Positions 25,001-38,693 of a stretch of 64,000 nt of DNA are shown one piece after another (the stretch's first letter is position 1; each line of letters opens with the position of its first letter). The translations under genes were made by a program, and so were the position numbers. The stretch is from positions 151,838,001 to 151,902,000 of the forward strand of contig OX597814.1 in assembly GCA_951406725.2 (NCBI GenBank), given 5' to 3'. The notes under the pieces were generated by a model. It was not told where the DNA came from, did no database searches, and saw nothing but the letters and a program-made list of their open reading frames with translations. Source of the DNA: Octopus vulgaris (taxonomy: Eukaryota).

Positions 25001-25687
25001 GACTTAAAATTTTTGTTCTCAAATGAATATTTAGAGAATGAGGTGTAGATGAAATTTTGGTTGCATTCACTTTGGATTCATCATCATCATTTAACTATTT
25101 GGCATTCAGATTACTTTCTCAAATGTAGTGCTCATTTAACTCACATTCTTTTGAATTAATCATGCATTATCCTGTAGCTTTCAGATTTCAATTATGTGAT
25201 TGTATATTTTTAGAAAGACTTTGTAATTATGGGGTAGTTGTTAGAAGTGAGAGCTTGACAGTTTGAACATAAAGCAGGTAGAATATTGGTTTCAAATTTT
25301 GGCACACCGCCAGCAATTTCGGGGATGGGGGAGTAAGATGATTAAATTGACCCCAGTGCTCAACTGGTACTTATTTTGTCCACCCGAGAAGGATGAAGGG
25401 CAAAGTCAGCTTCGGCAGAATTAGAACTTGGAAAGTAAAAATGGACAAAATACTGCTCGGCGTTTAGCCGAGCATGCTCACAGTTCTGCCTTGGGCTGGA
25501 TATGGCTGGTTTAAAAGCTAATGGGTGAATCATAAAAATTCATCTTGCTTCCCAACCACATGGTTTCGGGTTCAGTTCCACTGCATGACACCTTGGGCAA
25601 ATGTCTTCCACTATAGCCTCAGGTCAACCAAAGTCTTAGGAGTAGATTTAGATGGAAACTGATAGAAGTTTGCCATATATAAACATG

Positions 25688-25729
<42 letters not shown>

Positions 25730-25945
25730 GTTGAATGAATTATTCTAGTATGGATAATTCGGTTAACCGATACCCGGGTAGCAAATTTACGTCAGAAAGC
25801 ACGGTTGAAGCTACATGCCAAGGGCAGAAATCACGTGCTTTCGTGTGGAAATTTGTGTGTTTTTTTTACTATAGATAAATACACACATATATACATATAG
25901 ATAAATACACACATATATACTATAGATAAATACACACATATATAC

Positions 25946-25988
<43 letters not shown>

Positions 25989-26049
25989 CGTATATATATA
26001 TATATACACACACATATATATATATATGCATATATATATATATATACGT

Positions 26050-26957
26050 ATCATCATCATCATCATTTAGTGTCCGTTCTCCATGCTAGCATGAGTTGGA
26101 CGGTTCAACTGGGGTCTGTGAAGCTGGAAGGCTTCATCAGGCCCAGTCAGATCTGGCAGTGTTTCTACGGCTGGATGCCCTTCCTAACGCCAACCACTCC
26201 GGGAGTGTAGTGGGTGCTTTTTACGTGCCACCTGCACAGGTGCCAGACAGAGCTGGCAAACGGCCACGAACGGATGGTGCTTTTACGTGTCACCGGCACG
26301 GGGCCAGGCGAGGCTGGCAACGGACACGAACGGATGGTGCTTTTACGTGCCACCAACACGGGGGCCAGACAGAGCTGGCAAATGGCCACGAAACGGATGG
26401 TGCTTTTATGTGTCACCGGCACGGGGGCCAGGCGAGGCTGGCAACGAACACGAACGGATGGTGCTTTTACATGTCACCGACATGGGGGCCAGACAGGGCT
26501 GGCAAACGGCCACGAACGGATGGTGCTTTTACGTGTCACCGGCACGGGAGCCAGACAGAGCTGGCAAACGGCCACGAACGGATGGTGCTTTTACGTGTCA
26601 CCGGCACGGGGGCCAGACAGAGCTGGCAAACGGCCACGAAACGGATGGTGCTTTTATGTGTCACCGGCACGGGGGCCAGGCGAGGCTGGCAACAAACACG
26701 AACGGATGGTGCTTTTACAGGGCTGGCAAACGGCTACGAACGGATGGTACTTTTACGTGTCACCTGCACGGGGGCCCTGATGTTGCTCGACCTCAATTTG
26801 GTTTGATCTTGATTTTGACTGTTCTCACTGGTCTTGCCGGGTTTTCTCACGCACAGCATACCTCCAAAGGTCTCGGTCACTGGTCATTTCCTTGGTGAGA
26901 CCTAAAGTTCGAAGGTCGTGCTTCACCGCCTCGACCCAGGTTTTCCTGGGTCTACCA
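26050..26957 (-). mobile_element. Young 5'-truncated RTE LINE: ORF2 C-terminus plus a 3' UTR with an expanded 60-bp array
   Basis: GRPRKTWVEAVKHDLRTLGLTKEMTSDRDLWRYAV...* (26825-26957), (GAT)n tail, CpGs retained, microsatellite on both sides. Confidence 0.9.
26213..26776. repeat. Tandem array of about ten 60-63 bp units
   Basis: GGTGCTTTTACGTGYCACCGGCACGGGGGCCAG.....GCTGGCAAACGGCCACGAACGGAT recurs at about 26213, 26276, 26336, 26399, 26460, 26522, 26584, 26647, 26708 (deleted) and 26746. Confidence 0.92.
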
Positions 26958-26973
26958 CACACACATATATATG

Positions 26974-27016
<43 letters not shown>

Positions 27017-27039
27017 GTACAGATATATATATATATGTG

Positions 27040-28240
27040 TAATGAATTTCAGACTCCTGCTGATATTCATAGCTTTGTGCGTCGTGTCAGGCTATATGCA
27101 CTATTCCACTGCACTCCTCCTGCATCTAATGAATAGGACTGCTTCACCGACCTGGATCGCTGACCATCACACCGGATGCCAGCTCCTGGCCAGTTCCAAG
27201 CAGTTGATCATTTTGCAGGTATCTGTCAACACGTTGTGGACCAGTTTACTTTTCACGGGCATCTCCAACATCTGAACATCTCCCCATCTGAACTTTTGGC
27301 TCTTTGATGTCTCCAATGCCATAAAGACATTATTATAAAACCAGCTGACAAGGGTGGCGTGCAGACCTCTACTAGGCTGAAGCTCTCCGCCAACTTCAAG
27401 ACACCTCCTACTGCCCTCTGCCCTTCAACCCCTATGCCTAACCACCAACAGACGGTGTCCTCCATTATCCATGACCTCATCTCCTCTTCCCATCTCCTTC
27501 CCATTGTCCGCACTTCTCGCAACCCCACCATTTACTTCCCAAGATCCACAAACCCAACAACCCTGACTGCCCCATCGTCTCTGCCTGTAACTGCCCCGTA
27601 GAATTCATCTCTAAATACCTTGACTGTGTCCTTGCTCCCCTAGTGGCTTCCCTCCCCTCACACATCCATGACATTAACAATGCTTTTTGTCTTTTCAATT
27701 CTTTTTCCTTCCCTCCTGGTCCCTCTAAACTTCTCTTCACTCTTGATATAAAGGGTCTATATGCAGCAATCCCACACCACGATGGACTTCTTACCCTCAA
27801 ACACTACCTAGACCATTGACCTAATCCCGAACCTGACATGTCCACACTTCTTCGTCTGGCCAAACTTGTTCTCTCCCTCAACTGTTTCTCGTTCGTGGGA
27901 TAGTTTTACCAATAGATTTCAGGAGTGGCCATGGGAATGAGAATGGGCCCCAACTATTCGAATCTGTTTGTTGGCTACGTTGAAGCCCAAATATTCTCAC
28001 GATTCACTGGTCCCACTCCCAAACTATACAGTCATTATATTGATGACTATCAGTGCAACCTCGCTTTCCTGCAAACAACGAGACCCCTTCCTCTCTTTTG
28101 TCCAATCTTTCCATCCTGCTCTCAAGTTCTCCTGCACTATTTGCAACACTTCTGTCGCCTTTCTTGACATTTTGGTCAACATACACCACTCCACTCTCAC
28201 CACCTCCATCCACTCCAAACACACCAACTCACACTCATAC
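27040..28240 (+). mobile_element. Penelope-like element reverse transcriptase, decayed
   Basis: IIIKPADKGG, LFTLDIKGLYAAIPH, GVAMGMRMGPNYSNLFVGYVE and YIDD motifs across frames, with stops and frameshifts. Confidence 0.88.
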
Positions 28241-31200
28241 AATAAAACAACAAGATATGGATTTTGGTGTTAAGACTTAAAAATAAAAATTTTGTTCTCA
28301 AATGGTGAAATTTTGGTTGCTTTTGATTCATCATCATCCTTTAATGTCCACTTTTCCATGCTTGTATGAATAAGTTGGAATTTTTTGGGGCAGGTTTTCT
28401 ATAGCTAGATACACTTCCTGTTACAAACCCTCCCCATTTTCCAAGCAAGGTAACATTTTCCCATAGATAGACGTATTTTTCACTGATAACAGGAAATGAA
28501 TAACCTCATTTGTATGACATTGGTGCTCATTTATAACCATCATGTGATGTCTAGACAAAAGTACACAAACACACATACACCCACACATACTTATATAGTA
28601 GGCTTCTTTCAGTTGCTGTCTAACAAATCCACTTACAAGGCTTTGATCAGCCTGGGGCTGCAGTAGAAGACACTTACCCAAAGTGCTGTGTAGTAGGACT
28701 GAACCCAAGACCACATGGTTATTGCACCTATTTGAATGCAGGCCAAAATTTCACTCACAAGCAAGGATTTCCCCACCCCTCTTCATGTGAGATATTTCCC
28801 TCAATATAAAATTTGGCTGATCACTGAAAATGTCACATCTACATTTTTACACTGAACAAACCATAGATTGGAACTGTTGAGCAAAACTACATCAAACTGT
28901 CAGAGAATTTGTTTTTTTACTGCAGTTTATTGTTTTTACTATTTCTTTTTTATCAAAGCAGATGTAGGTAGTTTTTTTTTCATATTGTTATGATTGCATG
29001 CAATTGTTTTTGTAACCAGTCTTTAATGAGTTTACATAATTACTTCCTTCCATATTAGTTGTCTTTTCTTAATTAGTGCCACCTAGCACCTTATGTCAGC
29101 ATTTCTGTTCCAGATTTTTATTTGACCTAACCTTTGCCCCATTTACCAATTTATTGTGTCAGTTTTATGGACACAATTTACATCATGTCTGTAACATTTT
29201 ATTCTTTGTCTTTCACCTTTTATTTTCCTGTTATTCTCTGGGGATTGTTTCTCTCGAACGTTACTTCTTTATTTAAGTCTTTGTCATCCAGTCTTGCAGT
29301 TTAACCCTTTTCTAACTAAGTTTATGAAATACACGACATATCTATTTTAATTAAATTTTGAACATAATCAAGAATTTTTAAGGGTTTAGTAAAATAACTT
29401 TCATTATTAAGCTAATGGTTTGAACATAACTTAACAAAAGGTTCTTTCATAAATTATAATGGAGTTTTCAATTAAAATACACATAATTTAAAATAAGTGA
29501 TTTTTAGATCATAAAACCAAGCAGGTGGGTGTCAGAAAGGTTAAACTAACTGCTGGTATTTTGTTGCATTTTTTTATGTATATAGAAACTCCAATTATGG
29601 CTGTTGACACTAAATTGTCTTTAGTTCTTATTTAAGCATTATATTCACTGAGTGATAGGATCTACTGTTTTGTCTTTTTTCAATAAGGTCACCTTAATAT
29701 ACTGCCTGTTTTGTAAAATTTCAGCATTCTAAACATAGATTTACTATCAAGACTATAATGCTATTGTCGACTACTCTTTCTTCCAGTTACATTTTGAAGG
29801 CTTTTGTTTCTACTGATCTTGGAGGTCCTTACTACCTTAGATAGTGGAAAGAAAATTAGTCTCTTAATCTTTTATGATTTGTTCCATTCAAATATCTGAA
29901 GCTCCATTGGAATGCAGTATGTTAGAAGATTGTATTAGCAATGTATCCAATGCTCAAAGTAGATACTTCTAAATATATTGAATTTATATTTCATTAGAGT
30001 AATGGTGAAATCCTAAACAAACTTGAATTTCGTAGTTCTGAAGAATTTGTTGTTCTAGAGATTCTGAAATTAGCTGCCACATCTTTTCGATGTATTGTGA
30101 ATATGTCATATGGAATGTAGTATTCTTATCAATTGCCATTATTAATGATGGAAAAAAATACCCACAGATTTTAGTAAACAAATAAGGTTTCAATGTTACT
30201 TTTTCTTGTATTTATTTAGTTTATCTTTACTTTCTGAGATCACAGATAAGGGAAGTATAATTGAGACATGAATATTCATAACACACACAATGTGGAGACA
30301 TTTGGCTCAGTTGTGCTATAGCACAATTTGACAACAGGTTTATATAATTAGTTCTGTTTTGTAGAGAAATTTATTGTTATGTTCCAGTCATACATGAATG
30401 ACTTTGTAAATTATTCCCATTTGTTAAGATCCTGGGTTTTTACATCCATGAAATGGATGGCCTTACCTTAACCATTTTGGCTGTTGTGACCTACTTTGGT
30501 TTAAAGTACATTTTATAAAAAAGAAGGAAAAAAAATGTTTGAAATATATTTACTTCTTCCAGGATAATTTGAAGAGTATTATAAGAAAATTTTTTTGTGT
30601 AATCCCTGGGTAGAAATGATCACTTTGAGAAGCCCTTGCGAAATGGGAGAGCAAGATTAATTGAAAATCGTCATCATCATCATCGTTTAATGTCCGCTTT
30701 TCATGCTAGCAAGGTTTGAACGATTTGACTGAGGGTTGGCGAACCAGATGGCTGCACCAGGCTTCAATCTTGATCTGGCAGAGTTTCTACAGCTGGATGC
30801 CCTTCCTAACGCCAACCACTCCGAGAGTGTAGTGGGTGCTTTTACGTATCACCGGCACAGGACCAGTCGGGCGGTACTGGCAATGACCTCACTCAAATCT
30901 TTTACACATGCCACCGGCACAGGTGCCAATAAGGCGACTTTGGTAATGATCACGCTCAAATGGTGTCTTTTACGTGCCACCGGCACGGAGGCCAGATAGC
31001 TGCTCTGGCAACGATCACGCTTGGATGGTGCTCTTAACACCCTACTAGCACAGGGCTCGAGTGCCAAAGTTTTTTAAAATTAATAATTCAAAGACACCTT
31101 AGGATATGGTTTTAGTGTGTTTGTGTGTGTGTACATGCATGTGTATGTATATATATGTGTATATATGCATACCTTCATTATTGTTATTTTGATGTCGACT

Positions 31201-31289
31201 TTTCCATGCTTGGAAGAGTTAGACAATGGCCAGTTGGTGCAGAGTTCCATAGCTGGAAGCCCTTGCATGCACACAATCAATAACGAACA

Positions 31290-31570
31290 TTTCTCAGTGA
31301 GGTTGCATCTTCAATCAGATATTCTTGTTGTGTGGTGCAAATATATTTGGTGTTAAGTCTATCCTGATGGAATCGCAGCAGCACTGAGTTGAACATGTGA
31401 TCTGTGTGGAGGAGAGTAGAATCCCCAAGGCAATGCTCTGCAGCGGGCTGAACCATTGGAGAGTGCACCCAAATCTCCACTGTAGGGATGTCATCAAATG
31501 ACATTGCAGTGATGGGGTTGGTCTGATTGTGACTACAAGGGAGAAGACAGTGATTGATTGCCAACAACGG
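31290..31570 (+). mobile_element. Old RTE ORF2 C-terminal fragment
   Basis: HVICVEESRIPKAMLCSGL resembles the RTE GHVxRMxxxRIPKxxLYGEL block. Confidence 0.55.
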
Positions 31571-34209
31571 TGAAGGACTATAAAGAAAGGTGTAAATGTT
31601 GTGTTAAATTGAATGAAATAACTAGAAGTATAAGAGAAAAGGTTAGATCATCATCATAATTTAACGTCCATCTTCCATGCTGGTATGAGTTGGACAGCTT
31701 GACAAGATTCACAGGGTCTAAGGACTTGTGTCATGTTCCAATGTCTGCTTTGGCATGGTTTTTATGGCTGGATGCCCTTTCTAAGATCAGTCACTTAACA
31801 GAGTGTATTGGGTGCTATTTTTGTGGGGCCAGTACTTGTGAGGTCACTATGCAACTTGTAAGATTAAGATCCCCTTCAGCTGAGTGGTGCTAAATTAAAA
31901 GGAGGTGATTACATCAACCCCAGTGTTTCACTGGTGCTTAATTTATCAACCCCGAAAGGATGAAAGGCAAAGTTGACCATGGCGGAGTTTGAACTCAGAA
32001 CGTAGCATTTCATCCAGTGTACTAATGATTCTGTCAGCTTGCCACCTTGTATAATAATAATAATAATAATAAGCAAAAAATTTTTGGCATATGGCTAGCA
32101 ATTTTGGGAGAGGGGGCTAAGTTGATTACATCGACCCCAGCGCTCAACTGGTACTTGTCTTATCGACTCCTGAAAGGAATGAAAAGGCAAATTTGACCAT
32201 GGCGGAATTTGAACTCAGAACATAAGGACAGACAAAATACTGCTAAGCATTTTGCCCGGTATGCTAATGATTCTGTCAGCTCACCACCTATAATAATAAT
32301 AATAATAATTCTTTCTACTACAGGCACATGGCTTGATATTTTCGGAGAAGTGGGGAAGGCTGGTCAATTACATCAACCCCAGCACTCAGCTGGTACTTAT
32401 TTTATCAATGTGAAAGGATGAAAAACAGATTTGACCTTGATGGAATTTGAACTCAGAATATAAAATTAAAAGAAATGCTGTTAAGCATTTTGTCCAGCTT
32501 CCTAACAATACTACCAGCTTACTGCCTTAATAATCTACTATAATAATACTCGTGTTTTTCTCCGTCACAACATAAGGATGAGGACGGAAGGGGTGATGGG
32601 AAACTGGTAGTGGGAATATTTTAACTCTGTGAGTATATGTATGAATGTTTGTGTGTGTGTGCAATAGAAGTGAGATGGTGAACATTCAATGCTGAAAAGA
32701 AAAATCAAACAGCGTTTCAACTTTATGTGAGTATATGTGTATTTGGGTGAGCATGTACAAGGGAAGTATGTGAATGTTTTGCATGTGTAAACCAGTGTTC
32801 TTTCAGTAACAAATGATGATCAGTCACATCTCAAAATACAACCACTAGATAACATTGACAAGTGTATTAATTTGATTTACTATCCATATATATGTATAAA
32901 ATACTATAATTAGCTGTCATTTTTGACAGCACGGGGCCAGCTAATAATAATAATAATAATAATGATGATGATGATTTTTTTATTGCCTCTGACACAGCAA
33001 TTATTTTCCTCCTGTTTTTCTATACTTCTATGCTTCAGTAGAGTGTTTTACTACTTTTAGCTGTTTGTCATCTCCTTTGAGAGATTCAGCCTCTTAAAAG
33101 TAGCTATCACTTCATCTCATGTCATCATTGGTTTTCATATACGAAGGTTCTCTGTTTATTTTATATTATTGTCATCATTATGAATGTAATCAATAACATA
33201 ATTATTGATTATTTCTAACATAAACACAAGGTCGCATACTTTTAGAGAGCAGATGCAATTAATTATACTGACCACAGCAAAGTCAGGTTTCAGGTGGTGG
33301 GAATTTACAATATAAAAAATTAACTAGGGTATGGCTAATGTGATTAATAAAGTAGAAAATCCTGGTATGTTGTTTGGAATTATGTGTTACCGACAAGATA
33401 TGCTTAGCAGTAAGAAAGAAAAAAATAACAACAACATCAAAAAAATCAAATGATTGCAAATATAGTTTTAATTATGATAATGGTTTTTGGGAGATTTACA
33501 AGTTTGTCTTGTATTGCCTGAAAATATGGTTTTCAACAGATGATAATGGATTTTTTTTTCTCCCACCCAGATTTTATGCTTATATGCCTTTATGGCTATT
33601 AACTTAAGTTCGCATGTAATTCAGTACAATTGTACAGCCACCAATCTGTTATCACTTGGAAATCAAAGAAGAAACTAATCTATTGAAGTGTTGATGTAAA
33701 AGTCTTTTGGAGTAGAATTTTGCAATTAGTCTTTTTATGTTTACTAAGGTTTTCATTGAAATACTTATGTACTCAGCAAGGGGTGAAAATTATGCAGGTT
33801 GTAGAGTGGGGCAGGAGGAAAGAAATGAGGAAAAGACACTCATATCAGAAGCGTTTTCAATTCTACTAAAACTTGTTTACATAAACTGCTTTGTTTTATT
33901 TATACCCAGCATACTTTCAGAGATTGTATGTAGATGGAAGGAAAAACGTATAAAAGTTGGCCAGTAGAGTTGTAAAATATTTATTATCATTAGAATACCA
34001 GAATGTTCATTCATAGTTTTACTCTTGTGATTAAGGTGACTTAGTTTAAGAAGTTGTATCATCTTGTATAAACTGAGTGAATTTTATTTTCATATTTAAT
34101 TAAATTTATATTATCTATTGTTTGTTTCATCTTCTCATATGTAAATATGCTGGTATTTGTATCTGTTTATCTACGTATATACACACAAAACACACGTGTT
34201 GTGTATCTG

Positions 34210-35295
34210 TACAAGGTCCACCATGTAATTGAGAAGATATAAAGAAAAACAAAAATTTTTAAATAGAAAAAGAAAAGCAATATATTTTTGGTGCACATGT
34301 TCAACCAATATGTATTAAAGAAACTGGTTATTCAATAAATCCACCCTCAATCTTCAGGTTGCCTGTCGTGTCTATGGTGGCAGCCTTCGAGTGCTTTGTA
34401 TTGTGGCACTGCCAGTTGGTCTCCCTCTTGACAATGATCAGACAATTGTTTAGGAGTTTCAAATAAGAATAACTTGGAGATCACATGTTGGCGGCACATG
34501 GTTGCAAAAATGACCAGCCTACCACTCTTTGATCATGTGGGAGAGAGCAGAATTCTGCTGGAAGATGTACAGCCTTCTCTGGCCCAGCTCCTTGATCCAG
34601 TGATCTTTTGTCCAGTACTTCAATGTAGGTGCTGGCATTGGTCCTGAGGCCTTTTGGGAAGAAATGATTCATTGTGTTCGTCTCCTCCAGAAACATGAAA
34701 GACAACGGGAATTTTATGTGCATTGGGGTCTATGCAAAGCCAGCTCTCATTCCCCCTGTTCACCTTCTCGTTCTGGTTGAAGTTCTAACTGAAGAAGAAC
34801 CAAAGTATGATGGTTTCCTTCAATGTCAATTCCATGAGGTCACACACTTTTCCCAAATATTGATAGTCATGAATTGCCCTCCTAATTATGTATAATTTGC
34901 ACTTGGTATCCTCATGCACTACATGCACCACATATCTCAAAGTGGACTTTAACACTATGAGCTGCTTGATAATGGCCCTCATCAAGTTTCTTGTTGTTGA
35001 TGATATTTGGACTTGGTGGGCAATCTCAGGTGCCCTAATGACATTTGGCCCCTGAGAACCCCTGCACACGTTCAAGAAGCTGGCAATCTTTGAGACTCTA
35101 TGGCTGTTAGCTTCAGCCATAAGCACTACCTTTTCATCTCTCAAGCCAGACTGGAGTCTGTCATGTTGGTACTATTGATAAATCTGAAGAAGAAATGAGA
35201 AAGTTATAGTTTGGTGTATGCTGCGTAACATTCCGTTAGATCATCATCTATTTATTGTCTGCTAATATTATACTCACAAATACCCAGTGCCCTGT
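34210..35295 (-). mobile_element. Decayed Tc1/mariner (DD37D/maT-like) transposon
   Basis: Minus-strand fragments HFFPKGLRTNASTYIEVL...QQNSALSH and an N-terminal HTH-like IASFLNVCR. Related to the copy at 54960. Confidence 0.7.
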
Positions 35296-35980
35296 GTGTG
35301 TGTGTGTGTGTGTGTATACATACATACATACATACACACAACCAATATCACTTCTCACAAGAGCTGTGACAACACAGTATAGTTGGGCATAGTTCATTTC
35401 AGAAAATGATTGCTGGCAGTTGTTTATCTTTCATTCATTCCATTCAGTGTTCAGCTTTTCACAAGTTATTTTTTCAACATGGATTATTATACAGTAGACA
35501 TGAGGTTGTGGTTTTTATTTTTATTCTCTTCTTCATCATTATCTTTCTCTTGCTCTAAATATTAACTTTGGTATTTTTGCAATCCACTTCTTTAACAATT
35601 CTTCATTAAATATTTACTCATTGTTCTCGTCTGTTTGTTATATCTTCTTCACTTTTAATGTAGTGTCGTAATCTGTTGGAAAAAGAGAACAGACAAACAA
35701 ACTAATTTTTGTACATAGATTTTGTATTTTGATATTTGTATCTGCTGAGCCATAAGATGGTTTTGAGCCCCAAAGTCAGCTTTGGCTTGTTTTCATACAT
35801 TCATGTTTGTTTTCATAACTTAACTAATGTTAAGTTATGAAGAATTATTCAATTGTAGATTACATATTATAGTTTTACAAAAATTTGGGTGAGATTGACT
35901 GCAAAGTTTGACTGTCTGATGAAGGTTAGCTAGCCTTCATTGGACACTCTGATGAGGGCTTGTAGACCAAAGCTTTGAAA

Positions 35981-35983
<3 letters not shown>

Positions 35984-36046
<63 letters not shown>

Positions 36047-36060
36047 ACTCTCTCTCTCTC
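35984..36060. repeat. (CT)n/(GA)n microsatellite
   Basis: About 75-bp polypyrimidine dinucleotide tract. Many other (TA)n, (TG)n and (ATT)n tracts occur, e.g. 3808-3866, 4137-4310, 8396-8482, 8575-8673, 41175-41228. Confidence 0.95.
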
Positions 36061-37373
36061 CTCCTCTTATAAAAGTATAACTTAATAACACACACACATA
36101 TTATAAAGTCACATTTTATAACTTCACAACTGATAATTTCGACTGGGTTCAACAGGTTGATTAAAGTCGATTTAAACACTAATGGTGTATATATGAATAC
36201 GCAAGTCAAGTCACAAGGAAAGTATCAATCGTTCTTATATCAGCAGCTGTACTCCTTTATTTATCTGATAAAGATAATGAGCTGTCAACAGGCTAATCCT
36301 CCCTCATGAGTAACAGTTCATTTCTGGAGGAAGATGTGGTACGAATGTCTTATTAACATGGTGTTTCATAAGTTTGCAGTTGTGAAATCAGGTTCTCCCA
36401 TTGACCTAGAGAAGGTAACAAGATATCACTTCAGTGTAATTTCCTCTCCTCAGTCTTTTACATAACACCCAGATCTGTAGTTATAAACTAACTATGCTAT
36501 TATTGTTACTTGCTGGTACTAAAATGACTGACTGCGAGTGTATGTGTGTACATGTTGGCCTGTGTTTGTGTATGTATGAAAAATAAGCTGTATTTGAGCA
36601 TATATATGTATGTTTGATGATGATGATGTTTATGCATATGAATGCACACACACACACACATGCATGCGCACACACACACTCACGCACGCGCGCACACACA
36701 CACACGTTTCTGAGAGACTGTCGTTATAATTACCATCATCATTGTCAGGACTGAAAGCAAAATTTGATTAAATGTTTAAATGCCTCAATTGAGTTACTGT
36801 TAATAAGATTAAAATCGTTCAGATTATTAACTTCAACTATGAAAATGAATTATTTAAAAAATATGTAGTCAATGTATTTTGATTGAGTTGATCTACATTA
36901 GTCATCAGATGTTTTATTCCTGAATGTATACATAATACCTGGTTGGATTCAATCTAGTCATCATCATCATTTAACGTCCACTTTCCATCCTGGACGATTT
37001 GACTGAGGACTGGCAAACTAGACGGCTGCACCAGGCTCCAATCTGATCTGGCAGAGTTTTTTCAGCTGCATGCCCTTCCTAACACCAACCATTCTGAGAG
37101 TGTAGTGGGTGCTTTTACGTGCCACCTGCATGATGGCCAGTTAGGCAGTACTGGCAACAGCCACACTCAAATGGTGTTTTTTACGTGCCACCTGCACAGG
37201 AGCCAGCCCAGCGTCACTGGCAACGACCTCACTTGAATGTTTTTTCGCGTGCCAGTAAGGCGACACTGGTAACGATCACGCTCGAATGGTGCTTTTTATG
37301 TGCCACCGGCACGGAACCAGTTAGCTGCTCTAGCAATAATCATGCTCGGGTGGTGCTCTTAGCACTATGTATG

Positions 37374-37418
<45 letters not shown>

Positions 37419-38132
37419 CCATGAATTAAACAACAGGTAGTGATAGAGATCAAACTGCTGGAAACATGGTGCAGTTACAATAGTTGTTAATACACATTTT
37501 AACTATAATTTTAATAGAAAAGCTTTGTTATTTATAAATTGCTTAAGATAGGTATTTAAACATCTTGCTTTCAATCTCAGTAATGAAGATGATAGTTATA
37601 AAAACAGTCTCCCACAGATATCAACACACACACACACACACACACACATTGTATATTGTACATTCCTTCTCTCTTTCCATGACTTATGCATTAATCAGTA
37701 CATTAAAAAAATTAAGATATTAAAATCTGATTTGTAAAATATTTTTAAAAAACTAAGTATTTCTCAGGAGCAGAATGAGTTCCTTCATTCAAATGGTTTG
37801 AGTGTCTAGGTTGAAGCAACTGAGTGCCCCATATGTTGGGCTCTGCAAAGAGATAATTAACTTGAAGCTACTGACCAAATCTGCAGTTGTAATATAAAGC
37901 CATCTTTTATGTGGTAGGCCTAACATTCCATGTGATCTAACACCACTACTTGGATCTTGTGTGAAAGTTCATGAAGTTGTAAGCATTTGACCCACACTAT
38001 TTGGTCCCCTCCCTGTTGGTATTAACTTGCTAATGTTCCAACTGAGCATCAATTGTAGCAATCTGGAAAGGGCTACAAAATGATGGTCACTGACTTATCT
38101 TGCAAACTAAAGTATATGAAAATAACAGTACA

Positions 38133-38516
38133 TCTCTCTATATATAAACGGCAGTTTGTCTGTGTGTGTGTCTGTGTGTCTGTCAGGTTGTACCCTCACC
38201 CTGACCACGGCTTTCAACCGATTCTGATGAAACTTGATACACACATAGCCCAATGTCATAATTCAAAACTAACGCAGCGAAAATTTTGAAAAGTTCCCCC
38301 AGTTCTGAAAAAAATCGATAAATTCGACATGGGGTCGAGAATCAGAAACACAAACCACAGACTGTCTAGGGGACGCAACTCGACCTTTTTAACTAAAAAA
38401 AAAAAAATTACCATAATTTTTTTCCATTTTTTTGCTATTTTTTGGCTATAACTCTCTAAAAATGCTTTATTGTTATTTCCCTTACAAACCCGAGCAACGC
38501 CGGGTGATACTGCTAG
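38133..38516 (+). mobile_element. Complete non-autonomous Helitron
   Basis: Inserted at A|T, 5' TC(TC)TATATAT, subterminal hairpin CCCGAGCAACGCCGGG, 3' CTAG, no TSD. Confidence 0.85.
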
Positions 38517-38654
38517 TAATAAATAAATAAATATAAGCGGAGCATTATGGTAGAAGATAAATTGAAAAGAAGGGATTAGGAAACTATTCCTTGAAGCTAA
38601 GTAGAAATGTAGATACTGTTATATAGTAAGGATCAAGTAAAGAAATTGCAAGTA

Positions 38655-38693
<39 letters not shown>

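Noticed and set aside
26213-26776. CRISPR-like array of palindromic repeats with spacers
   Set aside because: The spacers are near-identical rather than unique, there are no cas genes, and the array is part of a eukaryotic LINE 3' UTR.
26096-26898. Long ORFs of 188-236 aa in three frames
   Set aside because: They result from a stop-poor 60-bp tandem repeat read antisense to an RTE 3' UTR.
35917-35985. Two CTGATGA motifs, the second followed by a hairpin and GAAA
   Set aside because: Stem II closure is out of register, and no stem III partner, UH triplet or stem I partner could be found.
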